The notes below the pieces were generated by a model that was not told the DNA's origin, ran no database searches, and worked only from the letters and a program-made list of their open reading frames with translations. The position numbers were made by a program, and so were the translations under genes. Source: Octopus vulgaris (Eukaryota). From it: a stretch of DNA of 64,000 bases. Position 1 is the first letter of the stretch. Every line of letters starts with the position of its first letter. Below, piece by piece: positions 54,572-64,000 of the stretch. The stretch is from positions 100,688,001 to 100,752,000 of the forward strand of contig OX597822.1 of the NCBI GenBank assembly GCA_951406725.2, written 5' to 3'.

Positions 54572-57566
54572 CATACATACATACATACATAATAGTCAGT
54601 GCATGCAGAGAGCTGTTAAATCAAGAGAATTAGCTTTCAACTGCTTATCTCTGAAATATTTGATTCCGAATAAAAAAAAGGAAAAATATTTGACCCCCTG
54701 ATAACGACAGCTATGTGAGTGATGTGTTACAGCTGTGGGAGGCCGTAGGCTACATTCTGAAGTATGGAAAATAAGTTAGGGACTGAGAATGTAATTTACA
54801 GGAAAGGGGTTTTGGAACAGGAATAGAAGAAATGTGAAATGATAATCCTTTCTACTAAAGGAACAAACCTGAAATTTGTGGGGAGGAGACTGTTCAATTA
54901 AATCAACCCCAGTGTTTCATTAGTACTTAATTTATTGACCTTGAAAGGCAAAGTTGACCTCGGGGAATTTGAACTCAGAATGTAGCAACATATGAAATAT
55001 CGCTAAGTATTTAACTATATAATAAAAATCCTTCTACTTACAGAAGGAAAACACACAAGGCACATTAATAATTCTGCCATTATAATAATGATAATAAAAA
55101 TGGTTTCGAATTTTGGCACAAAGCCAGCAATTTCAGGGGGAGAGCGGGTGAGTCGATTACACTGACCCTCGTGCTCAACTAGTTTTTATTTCATTGAGTC
55201 TGAAATGAAGAAAAGCAAAGACGACCTCAGTGAATCTTGAATTCCGAAAGTAAAGATGGGCAAAATGCTGCTGAGTATTTTGTCTGGCAGGCAAGCAATT
55301 CTGTTTGTTGGCCACCTTAATAATAATAATAATAATAATAATAGTAAATAATAAATATGAAATATATTATGGATGATATAATAAAATCACCAAAGGGGAT
55401 ATAACCATGTTGGCCATAATACTGACTGCTCTCAACACAAAGGCAACTACCTTCACTTTCCTCTGAATTTACAAATTTTATTTGAGAATGGTGCCATCTG
55501 GCTGTATTAAACTTATCATTCTTATCTAGTTTTCCAAAAAGTTACAGGAGGTCACAACTTTTCTATCAACTTCCACATATTGCTTTGATAATGGCAGAAG
55601 ACAAAGAAGGCATTATACTAAAGGATGAGGTGGAAGGAACAACCCAAAAACTTTAAGCCCCTATCTATAGTAAATGTCTTACTACAGTCACCAGGCCGAA
55701 AACTTGTACCTGATAAGAAATAGCACTTAACACTCCCTGTAGTGATTGAGCCAACATGAAAACCTCAATAGCAGCCAAATCTCCCTCCAAAAATACTGTA
55801 CTAACTAAAAAAGTAAAATGGATATTAAAGAGATTGAGAATATTGAGAAATATTGACCTAACTAGAGGAATGTGACATAAGAATGGAAATTATTCATGTG
55901 GTAATTGGCTGCACCCAGCATAATACCCAAACTGCAGCAGTCCAAGAGGCTGATAGAGATTGGAATTGAGGCATTACCAACTTGCAGGAAAATGCCATTA
56001 CACATTCACAGTATGTGACTGATATTTTTATTCCACAAAATAACACATTTGTGGAGGGTGAATGATGTAATGCAGGCCTCAAAAGAGATCACAATTACTA
56101 TGGCAATGTTAGAAATAATTATAATAATGGAGAAAGCTGCTTGTTAATTAGGTATGTAACAATTACTAAAAGTAGTAAAAGAAAGCAATTATTAAAGGGT
56201 TGACTGTCTGGAAATATTTTTGTAAATTCATGTTCTATGAAATTTCCTATAATTTTGATTTCTCAAGTTTATTGAATCTTTTTAACTCCAATTTTTCACA
56301 AATTTAAATATTCACTGCATCCAATGCATCACAAATTTAAATATTCATTGCATTCACTGCGGAGTACTCCAGTTTCATTTGCAAAGTCTTTCACTTTCTG
56401 TTTCAAGTTTTATTTGCTATTAACCACCTAGACTGGCTTCCGTGCCGGTGACACGTAAAAAGCACCATCCGAACGTGGCCGATGCCAGCGCCACCTCAAC
56501 TGGCTTCCGTGCCGGTGGCATGTAAAAAGCACCAATCCGATCGTGGCCGTTGCCAGCCATGCCTGGCACCTGTGCCGGTGGCACGTAAAAAGCACACACT
56601 ACACTCACAGAGTGGTTGGTGTTAGGAAGGGCATCCAGCTGTAGAAACACTGCCAGATCAGACTGGAGCCTGGTGCAACCTTCTGGCTTCCCAGATCCCC
56701 GGTCAAACTGTCCAACCCATGCTAGCATGAAGAACGGACGTTAAACGATGATGATGATGATGAATGTATACGTACTGTAGTAACATTTACGGAATGAAAT
56801 TTTTTTTAAATACCCATATAATTTTTGAATGCGGGATAACTGTGAGAAGAGCCCAGAAAGTCGTGTAATTTCTATTAGAAAACGAGGAGAAGAAAAAACA
56901 AAAAGTTACAAACAAGTACTCAAAACTTGCTCCTTATTCACAGTTTCCAAACAACTTCAACAGTGACACACACAAACACACTAATACACACTCACGCACA
57001 CATATAAATACACATACAAATTAAAGGCAATGAATGTGTGTATGTGTGTGTGCATGTTTGTGAATTCCATGGCTATGATGCTCCCCCACTTCTGCTTGTG
57101 ATTAGAAATGCATATATCATCAGCCACTAAGGGACATGCTCAACTGGTTATGGTCAAGTAAATGACAAGCAAACCTGTGGTATTGAGCAGAATATTTGCT
57201 GCAGCCCATCTTTTAAACCAAGACAAAACAATGTACACAATAACACTTCCAATCAGTTAAGATCAGAAACCATGAGAGCCACTGCCTGGTACTGCATAAG
57301 GGCATTTACTATTATTATTATTATTATTAAGGAGACGAGCTGGCAGAATCGTTAGCATGCTGGGCGAAATGCTTAGCGGTATTTTGTCTGATGTTCTGGG
57401 TTCAAATTCTGCGGAATTTATCAACCCTGAAAGAGTGTTTCACTGGTACTTAATTTATCAACCTCTTTCAGGGTTGATTAATTAAGTACCAGTGAAACAC
57501 TGGGGTTGATGTGATCGACTAGCCCCCTCCCCACAGATTTCAGGCCTTGCGCCTTTAGTAGAAAGG

Positions 57567-57599
<33 letters not shown>

Positions 57600-58404
57600 G
57601 AAGCTGACAGAATAGTTGGCACTTGAGTGATACCATTTTTTTTTAAAGAAGGTATCACTCAAGTACTGACATAATCAACCAGCCCCTCTCAAGGCCAACT
57701 TTTCCTTTTGTTTCAAGAAGGTTGACAAAAAAAAAAAAAAATTAAGAGGGTATCAGACAAGTACTTGGAGTTGGTATAATCAAGTAGCTCCTTTTCAAGA
57801 TTGACTTTGCCTTTCATTTCAACAGGGTTGATAAAAAGAAAAAGGTACCAGTGAAATACTGGGAGTTGATATAATCAACTAACCCCTCCCCTCAAAACTG
57901 TTGACCTTGAGTCTAAATTGGAAGGAATCATTGCATAAAAAAATAGTCTTTGAACAACAGCGTAAAGTACTGAAGAAAAAAACAAAAAAAAAAAACAAGA
58001 CAGAATGAGGAATAATTGTGTCTGCGTCAATGGCACTGATTGGTTGTTTTCATGGAGAAAATGGTTGAAGGACAAGTGAGGAAGATTAATTAAGAGAATG
58101 TGAAAGTGGTTGAGGAAGTTATGTAATCGGATGTAAAAAAAGAAAAAAACTGTGTTGTGCGCAAAAAAAAAATGTCGAGGAATATTTTCGAACAGATGAA
58201 TTTCTAAAAAAGAAAGGAAAAAAACTGCCAACAATCGTGGTTGAAATACGGGTGAAATATTGTAGACTCCAGGGAGAGGAGTAACGGCCTCTGCATTGGC
58301 AAAGAGTAAAGAGTAAGTAGAAAAATCTTTGTGAAGTAGAATAATAAATTATTTATCATGAGGAAGATGGGTGGAGAGAAAGAATCTAACATTTTGGGTA
58401 GGAC

Positions 58405-58463
<59 letters not shown>

Positions 58464-58559
58464 GCACAAACACATATATAATCATCATCGTTTAATGTCT
58501 GTTTTCCATGTTAGCATGGGTTGGACGATGCTAGCATGGAAAGCGGACATTAAACGATG

Positions 58560-58610
<51 letters not shown>

Positions 58611-58643
58611 GAAAGAATGGAGTTGAACGACGAATTAACAAAA

Positions 58644-58742
58644 TTCCTTTATTTTCGACATATGTTTCGAAGGCTGCATATTCCTAATTTCGAAGGAATA
58701 AGGGGTGCATTATACCGCCTTCTCATCAGGAAAAACAAGGAA
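58644..58742 (-). ncRNA. Canonical type-I hammerhead ribozyme motif with extended helix II
   Basis: TTTTC-CTGATGA-GAAGGC...GCCTTC-GAAA-CATATG-TC-GAAAA; outer helix I TTCCTT/AAGGAA; helix II extension TGCA/TGCA and TATTCCT/AGGAATA. Confidence 0.88.
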
Positions 58743-58796
58743 CTTATGTCAGCATCAAGATGCACAAAAACTTTTAGATGACTGCCCACACGGAGC

Positions 58797-58854
<58 letters not shown>

Positions 58855-60136
58855 GCGCGTGTGTGTGTATATATGTGAATGAGAGAGAGAATGGGGAGTT
58901 AGAGAGTGAAGGAAAGTGAGAGAGTGGGCAAGAAAGAGTGAATAAAAAGTGTGTGAGAGATGAAGTGTTTATTTGGAAGTTAGCTCGGTCTAATTGTCTA
59001 AATTAATGGTTTGAGTTATTAATATGATTATTGCTTTTAATGTACAGATCTACACAACCTCCTACGCAAATGTAAATAATAAAAACAAAGAAAAACAATT
59101 TTCATCTGTAAAAGGTGAAATTAACAAATTCCCTGAAAAATTACCTCACATCCTATAACTAACTTGATTGGGTTTTGATAAACAGGACTGGCAGAAACAA
59201 TGAAACAGAGAATCTAATAAATGTTACTATAATATTTTGGCTTTGTTCCTCTATATTCAGCCTGCCAGGGGTTAATATATTTCATTTTTTCAAATACAGA
59301 GTGTAGCAAAAAATCTCACACATTTTACATGGCAACAGCAAATGCATGTTGTGTACTGGTGAAAAGCATGATGGTAATTCAAAGACAAAAGACAGAAAAG
59401 GGTAAAATATTTGTTTCAAATTTTGACACAAGGCCAGTAATTTTGGGGAGGGGACATTATGATTACTTCAACCCCAGTGCTCAATTGGTACTTAATTTAT
59501 CGACCCAAAAAGGATGAAAGGAAAAAAGGTACATGAAGACAACATTATTACCTGCCTAACTTCAACAATGCCACACCAATATCCATGTAAAATAGGGATA
59601 GAGGAGGGTTTCTGCTACACCCTCTAGATATATCACCATACTTTATTTAATGTCCACTTTTCCATGTTTGCATGGGTCAGATGAAATTTGTTGAGGTAGA
59701 TTTTTTTTTATGGATATGCCATTCTAGTCACCAACTCCCACCAGTTTCCAACCAAGATAATATTCACTATGGTCAGTTGTGTTTTTTTCTCAAAACACTG
59801 GGAATAAAAAATCCCCGCTTGTATGACAGTGATGCTTGTTTACAACCACCACATGATGTCGAGACGAGAGTAGACAGACACACACACACACACACACTTT
59901 TTATTTTTTTAACTCGTTTAGACTGTGGCCATGCTGTGGCACTGTCTCAAAATTTTTTTAGTCAAATGAATCAACTCCAGCACATCTTTTTCAAGCCTGG
60001 TTCTTATTCTATCAGTCTCTTTTGCCAAACCACTAAGTTACAGGATGCAAATATACCAATGCCAGTTGACAAGTGGTGGTAGGGGGCAAACAGACATACA
60101 CACACATATAAATGCACACATGTATATATAAATATA

Positions 60137-60196
<60 letters not shown>

Positions 60197-60359
60197 TGAA
60201 GGAGTGGCTGTGTGGTAAGTAGCTTGCTAACCAACCACATGGTTCCGGGTTCAGTCCCACTGCGTGGCATCTTGGGCTAGTGTCTTCTGCTATAGCCCCA
60301 GGCCGACCAATGCCTTGTGAGTGGATTTGGTAGACGGAAACTGAAAGAAGCCTGTCGTA

Positions 60360-60413
<54 letters not shown>

Positions 60414-60627
60414 TGTGTGTGTGTGTTTGTGTGTCTGTGTTTGTCCCCCTAGCATTGCTTGACAACCGATGCTTGTGTGTTTACGTCCCCGTCACTTAGC
60501 GGTTTGGCAAAAGAGACCGATAGAATAAGTACTGGGCTTACAAAGAATAAGTCCCGGGGTCGATTTGCTCGACTAAAGGTGGTGCTTCAGCATGGCCACA
60601 GTCAAATGACTGAAAAGAGTAAAAGAG

Positions 60628-60658
<31 letters not shown>

Positions 60659-61184
60659 TATATATGTAACAACAATTGCAGCCTTATTTCAGTTTCCGTC
60701 TACCAAATCTCCTCACAAGGCCTTGGTTGGCCTGAGGCTATAGTAGAAGACACTTGACCAAAGTGCCATGCAGTGGGACTCAGTGGAATCCAGAACCATG
60801 TGGTTGTGATTCAGGAGGTATGTTGGCCTGCCTACTTAAGCAGCAGCTGGCATCATTTGAAAGTCAAAACAAAGGAAGGAAATGCATTGTGATCAGCTGT
60901 GTATAACATCCAACAGTCTAGTTGATACAGTGATACATAAAAGCTTCTTTCAACATACTTCTTTCAATTTCTGACTACCGAATCCACCCACAAGGCTTTA
61001 GTTGGTCTAGGGCTATAGTAAAAGCGTTTGTCCAAGGTACCATGCAGTGGTACTTATTCTATCGGTCTCTTTTGCCAAACCGCTAAGTTACAAGGACATA
61101 AACATGCCAACATCGGTTGTCAAGTGATGGTGGGGGGGACAAACACAGGCACACAAATACATACATACATATATGACGGGCTTC

Positions 61185-61730
61185 ACACATAATAATCAAG
61201 GGGGTTAGGTTGCCAGATGTTAGAGGTGATGTGGTTGCAGAAATTGTCTGATATCCATGACCATGTTCTCCTGCTCGTGTGCATGGTTCAGAGTCCTGTT
61301 GCCAGACAGATGGTCTTCCAGTAGCTACACTCTTGAACCAGGGCAGCACTACCTCCTTCAGGCACTTGATGTAGGTCTTCATGTTGAGTCTGAGGCCATG
61401 TGGGAAGATGAATGGAGGAATAACATTGCCATCACTAGTGATCATTCCAAACACTATGATGTTGACCAGATGTTTGATTTTTATCACACTCAATATATGT
61501 CCTTAGACTGACACCCAAACACTCTGAAATGTTTGTATCAGAGTTTCTGGCATGAACGCAAAGCAGTACAGCATGTCGTTTCCAAATTTCTGCAGAGTGA
61601 ATTGCATCATGGTGCTGTTTTTCTCACAGATGGTGCCCAACTGACCCTACTATGCTGTGTAGTCAAGAAAATCAAAAACAAATAATGCACAAAATTGAAA
61701 ATATAAAATGGCAAATTTACCCTTCACACC

Positions 61731-61735
<5 letters not shown>
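61185..61735 (-). mobile_element. Tc1/mariner (maT/DD37D-like) internally deleted fossil
   Basis: TA+CAGGGTGTGAAGGG end at 61733; VFGMITSDGNVIPPFIFPHGLRLN..TYIKCLKEVVLPW...VWQQDS. Confidence 0.8.
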
Positions 61736-61769
<34 letters not shown>

Positions 61770-64000
61770 CTTTGAGTTCTATGAAATCAATACTGATTTC
61801 TTAGGGGGAAAAAAGAGTACCCAAATCTATACAGTTTATGGGAGGTGTTAACTGATTGACACAACATCAATAGCACCAACATATTTTTAGCTTATATCCT
61901 GTATTGATCTCCATACTTTTGTTGTTGGGAACAACAGCCACTGTATTAAAGAAAATCAATGTCAAAAGAAAGATTGATTGGTTAAGGTGTTAGTCAACTG
62001 ACACAAATATTCACAGTTTCAAACTTCAACTGCTTCAGGTGATGCAGTTGATCTTTAACTCCAGATTTACCCCTGATCTAACAGGCAACTGATCAAAACT
62101 ACTTTAGCCTTAATCACTGTTTTTTTTTTAATCCTCAGGACCATGTTATGCAATGTGTCTGTCTTTTCTAAAATGGTAAGAGATGATCTGTGTGAGCTTT
62201 ACTGACTCAATAACTGTGTAGAGAAATCCCTATTCAATCAAGAAGCAAACCCAATGAATCACGAGGCTCCCTTCTCAAGTTGTTACCACTTTCCAGCTGA
62301 TTGTATGGGGCAATCATGTCTAGACAGGACACACACACACACACACACACACACATGCATACACAAATGATATCTTTCTTTTCAGTTCTTGTCTGCTAAA
62401 TTCACTCACAAGGCTGTGGTCAGCCCTGTGATTATAGCAGATGGCACTTACCTAAGGTACCATGCATTGAAACTGAACACCAAACATCATGGCTGCAAAG
62501 CAAAATTCTTGACCACACACCCATACCTGCACCTATAATCACGTGCAACTGTGCACACGTGATTTTATGGATGTGTTGAAGCAACCCTTTATATCATAAA
62601 TAGCAATTTAGCCTTTTTGATAAATAGAAATTGATAAAATTAAGTATCAGGCTAAATTGAATATTGGAGATTGATAAAGGATCAAGGGGGTAAAGACTCC
62701 CTTTGGTCATGAATGACCATAGGACTGCACCTAGAAAGTTTCCCTCTGAGACACAAGTCCGGGTAAGGTTTTTTTATGTAAGACCAGAAGTCACCCATGC
62801 ATATCAGCCTCTTCTCTCCACATCACCGATGTTATCCAAGGCAAAAGCAAAGGTAGATATAGCTTGGCACCAGTGATGTTGCAACCCATTTTTACAGCTG
62901 AGTGATCGAGGGTAATATGAAATAAAGGGTCTTGCTCAAGAAGACAATATACAGCCAGGTCCTCATGATTGCGAGTCTGACGCTCTAACCACTGAGTCAT
63001 GCGCCTTCACATAAAAAGTTGCCAGAAGGTGGCTACAAGACTCAAATCCATACTCTTTAGATACTGGCTGAGTGCTCTAACCATTAAGCTACAACAGCTC
63101 CCGACAAGATTGATATGATCAACAAAAGCATTGAAGGTGGTGCACCAGCATAGCTGTCTAATGACTGAAACCAGTAAAAGAATAAAAAGAAACCACCTTT
63201 AAATATTAGTTTCTTGCGTGTTTCACATATAAAGAAAAAAAGTTGGATTTCACTGATCTGTTTGACTGACTGTCTGCCTCTCTCTCTCTCTCTCTCTCCC
63301 ACCTTCTCAAACATATTTTCATTTTCTGAGATACACTTTATACTGTTTAAAAATAATATTAATACAGCAGATAAAACCTGCCATTTACAATGCTTATATA
63401 AATCATTTACAGAGATATTTCCTCAAAATTATATGTTAGGGTGTTGGCACACAATTGCATACAGAGCTTTTTAAACAAACATATTTTTAAAAAAATAGTA
63501 GAAAAGGAAGCTAATTGCAAAGCAAATACCATTTCGGTCAATAGACAGATAAGCCTTGGGAATATTTTTATGTACGTATTCTTTGTTTAACAACATGTGC
63601 CTTACTATTCCAAACATCTTGGAGAGATGGAAATTACGGTGAATGCATTGTAATCTTAAGAACTGAAACAGATTTTTATGAATTGCATTTAAATTACCAC
63701 AACACTTAGATTTTGGCAGAACATATCTTTGGAATTCATAGGATTACACTATATTTAGTCCAACAAAAGATTCCAAGATTATAAAGCAACAAAGTGACTC
63801 ATCTTGATTTCACACATTATCTATAATATAAATTGGACATGGGCTATTTTTGTATTCTTTCTTGTCTTGAGGTTCACAGCCAAGTGGCTGGGGGGATTTG
63901 TGTGAAATTTGTGGAGACAGGTGCATAGATTGGAATGCGGCTTGTAGTTTTTCCCTAACCCCCATACTTAGCGAGAAAATCAATTAAAACTTTTTCTAAT

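Noticed and set aside
55894-56082. Non-repetitive ORF checked as the missing upstream G12/13 exon
   Set aside because: No similarity to the expected G12/13 helical-domain sequence ending RREFQL

Overview
AT-rich, microsatellite- and SINE-dense animal genomic DNA. The repeat families suggest an octopus/coleoid cephalopod; this is an inference and was not verified by search. Two spliced protein-coding genes lie on the minus strand. NIP7 has coding exons 1-4 of 56/87/139/141 nt with GT-AG sites, and its last exon was not found, so it is presumably left of the window. A G-protein alpha subunit of the G12/13 class has a 51-nt exon and a 570-nt terminal exon; no upstream exons were found in the window. 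The rest is mostly mobile DNA: a near full-length decayed Penelope-like element (RT + GIY-YIG), RTE and CR1-like LINE fragments, two Tc1/mariner fossils, a Merlin remnant, non-autonomous Helitrons, piggyBac/hAT/Tigger/Merlin-type MITEs and four abundant SINE-like families. The most notable signal is a set of about 9 minimal type-I hammerhead ribozyme motifs from several unrelated sequence families, most with a palindromic helix III and most next to (TA)n tracts. They include one fully canonical copy, one with a compensatory U3:A8 core in the Penelope 3' repeat, and one inside a 352-bp unit with a 40-bp terminal redundancy (retrozyme-like). Most short ORFs in the supplied track are artefacts of repeats. 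All calls were made by eye, without alignment or folding software.
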